Below, piece by piece: positions 40,012 to 49,324 of a stretch of 64,000 nt of DNA. Under the pieces are notes generated by a model. The model was not told the origin of the DNA, did no database searches, and saw only the letters and a list, made by a program, of their open reading frames with translations. The stretch is from Candidatus Multivoradales bacterium (GTDB lineage: Bacteria; Acidobacteriota; Thermoanaerobaculia; Multivoradales; JAHEKO01). The stretch spans positions 128,001 to 192,000 of the forward strand of contig CBDCVR010000015.1 in the NCBI GenBank assembly GCA_965223155.1, written 5' to 3'. The translations under genes and the position numbers were made by a program. Within the stretch, counting starts at the first letter, position 1; every line of letters starts with the position of its first letter.

Positions 40012-41363
40012 GTCGCCCGCGCCTGATCGAGGCCGCTCTGACTTGGATCGACGGCGCCTTTGCGCCCGCAACCCAGGTCCGGATCGACGAGCGCGGGGTT
40101 ATTGAATCAGTGGGGGCATCAGTGGGTACGTCCGACGGCGAACGGACCGGCGCTGAAAAGCCTGACCTGATCCTCCCGACGAGCGCGCTCCTGCCGGGAA
40201 TGGTGAGCGCTCACTCGCACAGCTTTCAGCGCGGACTGCGCGGCCACGGTCAGAGCTTTCCAGCCGGGGCCGGTGATTTCTGGACCTGGCGGGAGGCCAT
40301 GTACGAGCTTGCCGGGAGCCTGGACGTGACCCGGTTCCGCCGGCTCGTCGGCCTGACCTTTGACGAGCTCCGCCGTGCCGGGGTGACCACGATCGGGGAG
40401 TTTCACTACCTCCACCACGTCGACGGAACCGATTTCGGCTTCGACGAGATCCTGCTCGAAGAAGCCGCCGCAAGCGGTATCCGCATCGTCTTGCTCGAGG
40501 TCTTCTACCGCACGGGCGGGCCGGGCCAGCCGCTCGAAGGTGCCCAAAGTCGCTTCGCCACGGAAACCATCGACGGCCTCCTGGCCCAAGCCGAGCGCCT
40601 GGCCCGCCAAACAGGACCGGCCCAGAGCCTGGGTCTCGCGGCGCACAGTCTGCGCGCGGCCCGTCCCGAGGAGATCCGAGCCCTCTACCGGGAGGCCCGG
40701 CGCCGCGGCTGGCCCTTCCACATCCACGTCGAAGAGCAGCCGGCCGAAGTCGAGGAGGTCGTCGCCGCCTACGGCAGCCGGCCGCTGCGTCTGATTAGCG
40801 ACACCCTGGGGGAGAGCGACAGCGTGACCGCGGTCCACTGTACCCACTCGCCGGCCGCGGACCTGACGGACTTCGACCGGGCCGGTGGCAGGGTCTGCCT
40901 CTGCCCCACCACCGAGGCGGATCTCGCCGACGGTCTGCCCGACCTAGGCGCCATCCTCGAAGGCCGCCAGGATCCCTGCCTGGGCAGCGACTCGAACCTG
41001 CGCCTTTCCATGTCCGAGGAGATGCGCTGGCTGGAATGGGGGCAGCGGCTGACCAGCGGCCGTCGGGGACGGGTAACTGCGGACGATGGCCGCTGTGGTG
41101 CGCGCCTGTTCGAGCTCGCCACCCGGGCCGGGGCCGCCAGCCTGGGGCTTGAGGCCGGACGAATCGCCCCGGGGGATGCCGCCGATTTCTTCGAGCTCGA
41201 TCTCACCCACCCCGCTCTGGCAGAGACCACGCCCGAGACCCTGCTCGACGCCTTCGTTTTCGGCGGCGCAGACGAAGCCGTAACTGCCACCACTGTTGCC
41301 GGTGAGCGGACCCGGCATCGCGAGTCGGGGGACCCGGGGAATCCGGGCCGCCAGGTTTGTTGA
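40008..41363 (+). CDS. hutF: formimidoylglutamate deiminase (amidohydrolase)
   Basis: HSHSFQRGLRG, DFWTWRE, GEFHYLHH, HSLRA, HIHVEEQ, CPTTEADLADG and GSDS motifs. ATG at 40008 overlaps the ArgE-like stop. Confidence 0.88.
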   Translation: MSRPRLIEAALTWIDGAFAPATQVRIDERGVIESVGASVGTSDGERTGAEKPDLILPTSALLPGMVSAHSHSFQRGLRGHGQSFPAGAGDFWTWREAMYELAGSLDVTRFRRLVGLTFDELRRAGVTTIGEFHYLHHVDGTDFGFDEILLEEAAASGIRIVLLEVFYRTGGPGQPLEGAQSRFATETIDGLLAQAERLARQTGPAQSLGLAAHSLRAARPEEIRALYREARRRGWPFHIHVEEQPAEVEEVVAAYGSRPLRLISDTLGESDSVTAVHCTHSPAADLTDFDRAGGRVCLCPTTEADLADGLPDLGAILEGRQDPCLGSDSNLRLSMSEEMRWLEWGQRLTSGRRGRVTADDGRCGARLFELATRAGAASLGLEAGRIAPGDAADFFELDLTHPALAETTPETLLDAFVFGGADEAVTATTVAGERTRHRESGDPGNPGRQVC

Positions 41364-41421
41364 CTCATCGGTATGTTAAGTTTATGATTTCGTGAGCCTC
41401 TCCTCTGAATTTCTTGAGCCT
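41360..41421 (+). promoter_or_regulatory. near-consensus sigma-70 promoter (TTGACT-17-TATGAT) with overlapping 13-bp direct repeat
   Basis: TTGACT at 41360-41365, TATGAT at 41383-41388, ATTTCGTGAGCCT at 41387-41399 and ATTTCTTGAGCCT at 41409-41421. Confidence 0.7.
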
Positions 41422-41441
41422 TTCGACTTGCGAGGTACCGC

Positions 41442-42185
41442 ATGAATGAGGATCCCCTGACGATCAAGCCCCGAGCTCGAAGAGTCCTGGCCGTTGATGA
41501 CGACCCGGAAGTCCTCGAGCTCATTCGCGCCACGATGCTGGGCGGCGGTTTCGAGGTCATGACCGCCGAAACCGCTGAGATGGCTCTCAACCTCATGAAC
41601 GACGAGGGATTGCCCCACCTGGCGGTCATCGACATCCGCCTGCCGGGCCTCGACGGTCTGTCGCTATGCCAGCGCATTCACGACATCAGCGACGTGCCCG
41701 TGATCATGCTCACCGTGGTCGATGACGAAGAGACCGTCGTCAAGACCATCGAGGAGTACGCCGAGGACTACATGATCAAGCCGTTCAACCCGGCCGAGCT
41801 GGTGGCCCGGGCTAATCGCATCCTGAAGCGAATCGGCGACTTCTCGTACACGATGCAGGCTCTGATCACGATTGACGAGAACCTGTCGGTGGACTTCGTC
41901 CGCCAGAAGGCGATCATCAACGGCCGGCCCTTGGCGCTGACGCCCACCGAGACCAAGCTCCTTTACATCCTGATGCAGAACGCGGGCAAGACCGTTCTGA
42001 CGAGCTACATTCTGGCCCGCGTCTGGCCCAGCCAAACCGCGGACGAGAACACGTTGCGAGTGCACATCCACCGGCTGCGCCAGAAGATCGAGGTCGCGCC
42101 CAGCCGGCCGCGCTACATCGTGACCGAGCGCGGCGCCGGCTACAGCTTCATCTCGCCGGCCGAAGCCCTGAGCGGCGCGCCTTAG
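41442..42185 (+). CDS. OmpR/PhoB family response regulator
   Basis: Receiver (VDDD, IDIRLPGLDG, KPF) plus winged helix (LTPTE, LRVHIHRLRQKIE, TERGAGY). Confidence 0.93.
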   Translation: MNEDPLTIKPRARRVLAVDDDPEVLELIRATMLGGGFEVMTAETAEMALNLMNDEGLPHLAVIDIRLPGLDGLSLCQRIHDISDVPVIMLTVVDDEETVVKTIEEYAEDYMIKPFNPAELVARANRILKRIGDFSYTMQALITIDENLSVDFVRQKAIINGRPLALTPTETKLLYILMQNAGKTVLTSYILARVWPSQTADENTLRVHIHRLRQKIEVAPSRPRYIVTERGAGYSFISPAEALSGAP

Positions 42186-42213
42186 CAGCCCGCCTCAGGC
42201 GCCAGGGTTGGAG

Positions 42214-42579
42214 TCAGTCTCCGGCCAGACCCTTGACCACCGAGAGCAGCAGCTCCGGGTCCAGAATCGGCTTCGAGATGTAGTGGTCGAAGCCCGCCGC
42301 CAGGAATCGCTCCCGGTCGCCCACCATGGCGTGGGCCGTGAGAGCAACGACTGGGATCCCGGCCAGCAGCTCCTGGCGCCGGATCGCGGCCAGAACCTCG
42401 GTTCCATCCATCTCCGGCAAGGAGATGTCGAGCAAGACGACGTCCGGAACCTTCGCCGGGAGCCCGTTCAGGGCCTCCCGGCCGGTCCCGTACTCGTCGA
42501 GTGCGAAGTGCCCTTCGAGGATGGCGCGAACCAGGAGGCGATTGTCGGCGTTGTCCTCGACTACCGCGATCCGCTTCAC
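42214..42579 (-). CDS. single-domain response regulator (CheY/DivK-like)
   Basis: VEDN, LLDISLPEMDG, ALTAHAMVGDRE and SKP motifs. Confidence 0.93.
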   Translation of the reverse strand: MKRIAVVEDNADNRLLVRAILEGHFALDEYGTGREALNGLPAKVPDVVLLDISLPEMDGTEVLAAIRRQELLAGIPVVALTAHAMVGDRERFLAAGFDHYISKPILDPELLLSVVKGLAGD

Positions 42580-42616
42580 AGGAAGCTAGGAGCCATGAGG
42601 GATTTTCAGCAAGCCC

Positions 42617-42961
42617 CTAGGTCTCGAGCAACCGCCCGAACTCGGCGTAGAGATCCTCGACCCGTTTGCCAAGTCTCGGCAGAGCCTCCCGGAGCGCCGC
42701 CTCGTCGCCGGCTCGGGCCATGCGCTCCACCGCCGCCGCCAGCTCCGAGACTCCGGTCGCACCCAAGGTGATCGAGCTGGATCGTAGCGAGTGGGCAGCC
42801 ACCTCGGTCCGAGCCAGATCCCCCATCTTGAGGCCGCGCCGGATCTCCTCCAGCCGCAACGGGGTATTTTCGAGAAACATGGAAACCAGCTTGTGCAGCA
42901 GCTCGTCTCCACCCAGATCTCGTATCTGGCTTAGGGTCGCTTGATCCAGTGTCTCGGCCAA
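42617..42961 (-). CDS. stand-alone Hpt phosphotransfer protein
   Basis: AHSLRSSSITLGA Hpt motif in a 114-aa helical protein. Confidence 0.88.
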   Translation of the reverse strand: MAETLDQATLSQIRDLGGDELLHKLVSMFLENTPLRLEEIRRGLKMGDLARTEVAAHSLRSSSITLGATGVSELAAAVERMARAGDEAALREALPRLGKRVEDLYAEFGRLLET

Positions 42962-42993
42962 TTCGTCGTCCTCTCTTGGTCCTGTCGTTCGGT

Positions 42994-44244
42994 CTATTTG
43001 AAGTAGGTCAACATCTCCCGAGCGGCTGCGGCGTCCGGATCGTCCGGCGCCAGCTCGAGGAACCTCTCCAGTGAGGCTTTCGCTTTCTCGGTATCGCTCC
43101 CGCTAGCATAGCAAAGTCCCAGCTGATAGTGAGCCTTGGCGAAATCCGGGTCCACTTCAAGAACCGCCTCGAAGGCCGAGGTGGCCGCGGCCAACTCGCC
43201 GGCGTTGAAACGGTCCACGCCATCCCGAAAGAACACGTCCACTGCCGCCTCGGGACTTTTCTCTTTGAGCTCGGCGAAGGCCTGCTCGGCCTGCTCGGTC
43301 TGGCCTGACTCCTGATAGGCGCTGTAGCGGACGACGTGAGCACGGCCGTGTCCGGGCTCGCGCTCCAGGTACGCCTCGGCATACTCCACCGCCTTGTCGA
43401 GCTCGCCGGTGGCCAGATAGATCTGGGCCAGCGGCATCAGCGCCTGGTAGAGATCCGGGGCCAGAGCAAGGGCCTGCTCGAAGCGAGAACGCGCCCGCTC
43501 CAGATCGTTGGCTTTGACCGCCGCGACGCCGTCGTTGAACACCCGCGCCCCGACCGCCGCACCGCCGCCGGTCTCTACCAGTTGGGCCAAGACGGCTTCG
43601 GCGGCTTCGCCCTCACCGCTCCCGTTCAGCGCGTCGTAGAGCATCTGGAGACCCAGGGCGTCGCCCGGCTTGGCCTCCAGGTAGGCCTCGGCCTCGGCTC
43701 GCGCCTCAGCCCAGCGCTCGAGCTCCAGATAGATTCGCGCCAGGGCGACGCGGGCCTCGAGCAGCTCGCCGTCCTCTTCGCTTGCCTCCTGGAAGAGCGC
43801 CAGGGCGCCTTCCAAGTCGCCAGCGTTGTAGGCCTTGGCACCGGCGTTGTAGGCCTTGGCAGCCTTGCCCCGGCTCTCCAACTCGGCCAGCTCCTGGCCC
43901 CGTTCGGCGGCCTGGTCCTCGGTGAGAAGAGTAAACGTGATCTCGGTGCCGTGCCCGGCCTTGGCCGTGATCGGCTCACTCTGCCCCACGTAGCCCGGCT
44001 TGACTAGGGTGATGACGTAGTCCTGGGCGACGCTGGTCAAAACGAACTTGAACTTGCCGTTCTTCTTGCTTTCGACGGTCTTCTCGAAGCCGCTGTCAAC
44101 GCCTTGGAGCGTGATGGCGACGTCGCCCAAGGGGTTGCCGTCGGTGTCGACGACGAGACCGGTGATCCGGCCGCCTTGAGCCCAGGCACCCGTCGCCGCC
44201 AGCGCGACAACTCCTACTACGATTGCTTGTCTAAGTCGTTTCAT
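42994..44244 (-). CDS. exported TPR protein with N-terminal carboxypeptidase-regulatory-like domain
   Basis: Signal peptide (AWA), GRITGLVVDTDGNPL and multiple TPR repeats. Confidence 0.85.
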   Translation of the reverse strand: MKRLRQAIVVGVVALAATGAWAQGGRITGLVVDTDGNPLGDVAITLQGVDSGFEKTVESKKNGKFKFVLTSVAQDYVITLVKPGYVGQSEPITAKAGHGTEITFTLLTEDQAAERGQELAELESRGKAAKAYNAGAKAYNAGDLEGALALFQEASEEDGELLEARVALARIYLELERWAEARAEAEAYLEAKPGDALGLQMLYDALNGSGEGEAAEAVLAQLVETGGGAAVGARVFNDGVAAVKANDLERARSRFEQALALAPDLYQALMPLAQIYLATGELDKAVEYAEAYLEREPGHGRAHVVRYSAYQESGQTEQAEQAFAELKEKSPEAAVDVFFRDGVDRFNAGELAAATSAFEAVLEVDPDFAKAHYQLGLCYASGSDTEKAKASLERFLELAPDDPDAAAAREMLTYFK

Positions 44245-44262
44245 AATGTCTCCGGTTTCGGC

Positions 44263-46095
44263 CTACCAGCCGCATTCAAGCTCCTCGGTCTGCTCTTCGA
44301 GCCAACCTTGAAGCGGAGCGAAATAGTCGACGATCGCAGTGGCGTCCATCTCGGTCTGTCCAGTCACGGCTTCCAGGGCCTCGGGCCACGGACGGCTGGC
44401 GCCCATCTCGAGCATGTCGATCAGACGCTGACCCGCCTCGCGATTGCCGTAGATCGAGCAGCGATGGAGCGGCCCTTCGAAGCCGGCCGTCTCGCACAGC
44501 GCCCGCTGAAACTGGAACTGCAGGATGTGGGCCAGGAAGTACCGGGTGTAGGGGGTGTTGGCGGGAACGTGATACTTCGCGCCCGGATCGAAATCGTCCT
44601 CGTCGCGAGCCACAGGCGCCTTGACGCCTTGATACTTCTCCCGCAGCCGCCACCAGGCCTCGTTGTAGCTCTCCGGACCGATCTCACCGCTGAAGACGCC
44701 CCAACGCCACTGGTCCACGAGTAGGCCAAAGGGCAGGAAGGCCACCTTGTCGAGCGCCATACGCAGCAACACGCCCAGGTCGGAGGAAGCATCCGGAGCC
44801 TCGTCCAACAGGCCGATCTCGACCAGGTACTCGGGGGTCACCGACAACGCCACGGTGTCGCCGACCCCTTCGTGGAATCCGTCGTTGGCGCTTTCGCGGA
44901 AGAGAAACGGCTGCGTGCTGTACGCCCGCTGATAGAAGTTGTGGCCGAGCTCATGATGAATGGTCGAGAAGTCCTCGGCGTCGATCTTGATGCACATCTT
45001 GATCCGCACATCGTCCACCTGGTCGATGTCCCAGGCGCTGGCGTGGCATACGACGTTGCGGTCGGCCGGCTGAGTGAAGAGCGAGCGCTCCCAGAAGGTT
45101 TCCGGCAGGGGCTCGAAACCGAGGGAGGTAAAGAACCGTTCGCCGTAGCGGACCATCTCGATCTCGTCGACTCCCTTGGCCTCCAGAAGCTCGGTCAGAT
45201 CGAACCCGGCGTCCCCGGACTCGGGCGCCACCAGGGGATAGACGTTGGCCCAGGTCTGCGCCCACATGTTGCCCAGGAGGTGCGCCGGAATCGGTCCCGA
45301 CGCCGGAGCTACGGCATCGCCGTAGGTCTCGTTCAACTTGTGCCGAACGTAGCAGTGCAAGGGCTCGTAGAGCGGACGGACTTGGCCCCAAAGCCGGTCC
45401 AGCTCAGCCCGGAAGGCGTCGGGGACCATGTCGTAGTTGGAGCGCCACATGGTGCCTAGGTCCGGAAAGCCGAGCTCCTGAGCGCCTTTGTTGCCGAGCT
45501 CGGCGAATCGCTGGTAGTCCTCGCGCATGGGTGGCGAGATCGTGCGCCAGCCGACCCACGCATCTAGAAGCTCCTCGGGTTCTCGACTGGTGGCGAGCGT
45601 CCGGGTCAGCTGGCCGAGGTCCCGGCACTCCCCGGCCTCGTCGCAGTACTCGCCCTTGCCGTAGGCGCTCTCCAGCGAGGCCGCGATCTGAGTCAGCTCC
45701 GAGCGCTCGGCCGCGTCGCTCGGCGCGGGCAGGGTCAACCCGGTCTTCAGCACCTTGAGCTGGCGCGCGGTCTCCTCGTCCAGCTCCAAGCCGTCGAAAC
45801 GGGTCGCCGCCCGCGCGTACTTCATGGCGTCGGCGATGAACCGGTCGTAGGCCTTGGCCGCAAGCTGTTCGGTGTCTCCGGTGATGTAGGTCGCTTGCAC
45901 CCATTGCGCCCGGGCCAGGTCGATGACCTTGGCCAGCAGATCCTGGTTGACGTGCTCGACAAAGCTGGCCGCGCCTTCCGCCGTCGCCGGGAACTCGTCC
46001 TCGGCGCCCTGGGTCGCGCATGCCGGCAAGGCGCCGATGGCCAGGGCGGCGACCAAGGCCGCGGCGGCGGGCCAGTAGTTGTCTCGTTGCTTCAT
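44263..46095 (-). CDS. M2 family metallopeptidase (ACE-like peptidyl-dipeptidase), probable lipoprotein
   Basis: Lipobox-like LPAC, CHASAWD, HHELGH, GFHEGVGD, DPGAKYHVP and PYTRYF motifs. Confidence 0.93.
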   Translation of the reverse strand: MKQRDNYWPAAAALVAALAIGALPACATQGAEDEFPATAEGAASFVEHVNQDLLAKVIDLARAQWVQATYITGDTEQLAAKAYDRFIADAMKYARAATRFDGLELDEETARQLKVLKTGLTLPAPSDAAERSELTQIAASLESAYGKGEYCDEAGECRDLGQLTRTLATSREPEELLDAWVGWRTISPPMREDYQRFAELGNKGAQELGFPDLGTMWRSNYDMVPDAFRAELDRLWGQVRPLYEPLHCYVRHKLNETYGDAVAPASGPIPAHLLGNMWAQTWANVYPLVAPESGDAGFDLTELLEAKGVDEIEMVRYGERFFTSLGFEPLPETFWERSLFTQPADRNVVCHASAWDIDQVDDVRIKMCIKIDAEDFSTIHHELGHNFYQRAYSTQPFLFRESANDGFHEGVGDTVALSVTPEYLVEIGLLDEAPDASSDLGVLLRMALDKVAFLPFGLLVDQWRWGVFSGEIGPESYNEAWWRLREKYQGVKAPVARDEDDFDPGAKYHVPANTPYTRYFLAHILQFQFQRALCETAGFEGPLHRCSIYGNREAGQRLIDMLEMGASRPWPEALEAVTGQTEMDATAIVDYFAPLQGWLEEQTEELECGW

Positions 46096-46195
46096 ATCGC
46101 TTTCTCCTCTGATAAATCGCTAGACCCCGCGCCAGCCAGGCTGCCGCCCGGGTCGAGCATCATAGCTTGAGCCGTGCCCTGGGCCTTAGCCGCTC

Positions 46196-47374
46196 TCACC
46201 CGCCGGACCGAAGCAAGACCCGCAGTCGCTCGAGTCCCTCCTCGATGCGCGCCAGCGCGCAAGCGAACGAAATCCTGATGTGATCGTCCGCGCCAAACGC
46301 GATCCCCGGAATCACGGCGACCGCCGAGCGCTCCAGGAACTTCGTCGCCAGGGCCGCCGAGCCGATCACCTCTTCGTCGAAGAGACCGGCGACCCGGGGG
46401 AACGCGTAGAACGCTCCGTCCGGAACCCGGCACTCGACCCCGGGCAGCTCGTTGAGGCCGGCCACCAGGACGTCGCGGCGGCGAAGATACTGCGACCGCA
46501 TCGCGGCGAGCCGGGTCTCGGCGTCCGCAAAGACCTCGAGCGCCCCCCACATCGCGAATGTGGTCGCATTCGAAGTCGCATGACCCTGGATCGTCTTGAC
46601 CGCCCGGACCACGGGCTCCGGTCCGGCCACGAACCCGAGCCGCCAGCCGGTCATCGCGTGCGCCTTGGAGAACGACCCGATGAGAACGATCGTTTCGGGA
46701 AACTCGCGAGCCAGGGCCGCACCGCTGGTAAACGGCTCGGTGCCGTAGACGAATCGCTCGTACGTTTCATCACAGACGACGAAGATCTCCCGCTCCGCGC
46801 AGTGTTCGACGATCGCGCGCAGCTCGCCGGCCGAAAGTACCGAGCCGGTGGGGTTCGAGGGCGAGTTGAGAAGCACCATTCGGGTGCGGGATGTACACCG
46901 CCCGATGACATCCGCGGCCGCCAATTGGAAACCGGACGAGAATTCCAGAGGCACCTCTACGACCTTGCCGCCGGCCAGCTTGACCTGTTCCGGAAAGGTG
47001 ACCCAGCACGGGGTCGGGATGACCGCTTCGGCCTCGGCATCGCAGAGCGCCAGGGCGGTCTCGAAGAGCGCCGCCTTGCCGCCGACTGTCACCACAAGCT
47101 CGTCGGCCGACCAGGGGGCCTGGTACCGCCGCGCCAGGTCGCGAGTCAGCACTTGGCGGAGCTCGGGCAAGCCCGCGCAAGCAGCGTACCGGGTCTTGCC
47201 CTCGGCCAGCGCGCGACGCGCCGCCTCGACCGCCTCGGCCGGGGAGGCGAAATCGGGCTCGCCGGCGCTCCAGTTGACGACGTCGACGCCCTCGGCCGAG
47301 AGCTCGCGGGCCCGCTGGGAGATGGCGAGAGTGGCCGACTCGACCAGCCCATGCACCCGCGTCGACAACCGCAT
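46196..47374 (-). CDS. PLP-dependent class I aminotransferase (AspC-like)
   Basis: GEPDF, NSPSNPTG, DETY and SFSKAHAMTGWRLG motifs. Start is the ATG at 47374. Confidence 0.92.
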   Translation of the reverse strand: MRLSTRVHGLVESATLAISQRARELSAEGVDVVNWSAGEPDFASPAEAVEAARRALAEGKTRYAACAGLPELRQVLTRDLARRYQAPWSADELVVTVGGKAALFETALALCDAEAEAVIPTPCWVTFPEQVKLAGGKVVEVPLEFSSGFQLAAADVIGRCTSRTRMVLLNSPSNPTGSVLSAGELRAIVEHCAEREIFVVCDETYERFVYGTEPFTSGAALAREFPETIVLIGSFSKAHAMTGWRLGFVAGPEPVVRAVKTIQGHATSNATTFAMWGALEVFADAETRLAAMRSQYLRRRDVLVAGLNELPGVECRVPDGAFYAFPRVAGLFDEEVIGSAALATKFLERSAVAVIPGIAFGADDHIRISFACALARIEEGLERLRVLLRSGG

Positions 47375-47476
47375 CGTCCCCGCAGGATACCGAGGTCGAC
47401 ACGTCCCGCGCCAGCCCCGAATCGTATAGTTTACGAACGGCGGAAGACCCGCCGGCAACCGATCGAGACTTCCACC

Positions 47477-49276
47477 GTGCTATCCCCGCGCCATCGCACT
47501 CGGATCAGCGTCGGCGTCGTCGCTTTGTGCGCCGGCCTGCTCCTGGCGCCCGCCGCACCACTCGAGGCCCTCTCGTCCCCGCCCCGGGCTTCGCTCGAGC
47601 TACGGCCCGAGCCGGCGGCGTACAGGCCGGGCTCCGAGCTGCGGCTGGAATCCTGGGTTCGGGTCGAGGACGGCTGGCACGTCAACAGCCATACCCCTAC
47701 CTACGACTACCTGATTCCGACCTCGGTGGAGATCGAGGCGCCACCCGGCTGGGCACCCGCGGCGATCGAGTATCCCGAGGGCGAGCTCCAGACCTTCGGC
47801 TTCGCCGATGAGGCGCTATCGGTCTACGACGGCGAGTTCGTGATTCCCGCCCGGCTGGCGCCACCGGCGGATGCGGACGGCGAAATCACCCTGGCCGTGA
47901 CCTTGCGCTACCAGGCGTGCGACGACCGCAGTTGCCTGCCGCCGACGAGCGCCGAAGCGGCCTTGACTCTGGTCCCCGCCTCCGCCGACGAAAGCGGTCT
48001 CGGGAAGGCCGGGGCCGCCTCGGAAACCGCCCCGGCCGAGCGTCGACGCGGCCTCGGCACCTTCCTCCTCTTCGGACTCCTCGGCGGCCTCCTGCTCAAC
48101 GCCATGCCTTGCGTCCTGCCGGTGCTCTCGCTCAAGCTCATGGGACTGGTCAAGAGCGCCGCGCAGGAACGAGCCGCCGTCATTCGCGGCTCGCTCGCCA
48201 CCACCGCCGGCATTCTGGTTTCGTTCTGGGCACTGGCCCTCGCGGCCATTCTGGCCAAGACCGCCGGGGCGGCCGTGGGCTGGGGGATTCAATTTCAGCA
48301 GCCCACCTTCGTCGCCGTACTGGCCCTGATCGTAGTCCTGTTTTGCCTCAACCTGTGGGGACTTTTCGAGGTGCCGTTGCCGGCCCGGCTGGCGACCTGG
48401 GCCGACTCGGCCGGCGGAGAGGGCTTGGCCGGACACTTCACAGCTGGGCTCTTCGCCACGCTCCTGGCCACGCCTTGCTCGGCGCCCTATTTGGGTCCAG
48501 CGGTGGGCTTTGCCCTGGCGCGCGAGCCGGCCGAGATCCTCGCCGTGTTCTCGGCGGTCGGCGTGGGCATGGCCCTTCCCTACCTCCTCCTGGCCCTGGC
48601 GCCCGGATCCGTGCGGATCCTGCCCAAACCGGGCCCCTGGATGCTCCATCTCAAGGGCTTCATGGGATTCCTGCTGGCCGGCGCGGCGGTTTGGCTCCTC
48701 TACGTTCTGGCTTCCCAGCTCTCCAGGGAGCGGCTGGCTTTCATCGAGCTGGCGCTCCTGGCGATGGCGCTTTTTCTGTGGGCCCGCGAGAGGATCCGGC
48801 GAGGCTCGCCGTGGCGCGTGCTCGCGCTTCTCGGAGCCGGCCTCTCGGTGGCCGCCGCCATCGGCCTGGCCGCCGGCTCCGCGGCCCCATCGCCGGCGGA
48901 GGCCTCTCGGCAGGAGATCGTCAAGCGCATTCCCTGGATCCCCTTCGAGCAGCGAGAGGCCGAACGGCTCGCCGCCGAGGGTTCCTTCGTCTTCGTCGAC
49001 GTCACCGCCGATTGGTGCTTTACCTGCAAGGTCAACGAGCGGCTCGTGCTCGAGACCGAGACCATCGCCGCCGCGTTCGAGAAGCACGGCGTCGTGCCGA
49101 TGAAGGCCGACTGGACCAACCGCGATGACCGCATCGCGGCCTTTCTCGCCGAGCACGGCAAGTACGGGATTCCATTCTACCTCCTTTACCGGCCGGGCGG
49201 AGAGCACCAGCTCTTCAGCGAGCTCCTGACCAAGGAGGCTCTGCTCGCCGCCCTGCCACCAACAACCGGAAGCTGA
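47477..49276 (+). CDS. dsbD: DsbD family thiol:disulfide interchange protein
   Basis: N-terminal domain YQACDDRSCLPP, TM domain PCVLP and TPCSAP, and thioredoxin domain WCFTC. Confidence 0.9.
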   Translation: MLSPRHRTRISVGVVALCAGLLLAPAAPLEALSSPPRASLELRPEPAAYRPGSELRLESWVRVEDGWHVNSHTPTYDYLIPTSVEIEAPPGWAPAAIEYPEGELQTFGFADEALSVYDGEFVIPARLAPPADADGEITLAVTLRYQACDDRSCLPPTSAEAALTLVPASADESGLGKAGAASETAPAERRRGLGTFLLFGLLGGLLLNAMPCVLPVLSLKLMGLVKSAAQERAAVIRGSLATTAGILVSFWALALAAILAKTAGAAVGWGIQFQQPTFVAVLALIVVLFCLNLWGLFEVPLPARLATWADSAGGEGLAGHFTAGLFATLLATPCSAPYLGPAVGFALAREPAEILAVFSAVGVGMALPYLLLALAPGSVRILPKPGPWMLHLKGFMGFLLAGAAVWLLYVLASQLSRERLAFIELALLAMALFLWARERIRRGSPWRVLALLGAGLSVAAAIGLAAGSAAPSPAEASRQEIVKRIPWIPFEQREAERLAAEGSFVFVDVTADWCFTCKVNERLVLETETIAAAFEKHGVVPMKADWTNRDDRIAAFLAEHGKYGIPFYLLYRPGGEHQLFSELLTKEALLAALPPTTGS

Positions 49277-49324
49277 CTCCGGGCCGAAGTCCTAGCCCGG
49301 GCCTTCGCATCGAAACCAGGCGGT

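Noticed and set aside
46280-47476. Long N-terminal extension of the DsbD ORF (998 aa in the track)
   Set aside because: Overlaps the aminotransferase on the opposite strand. The signal peptide begins near the GTG at 47477
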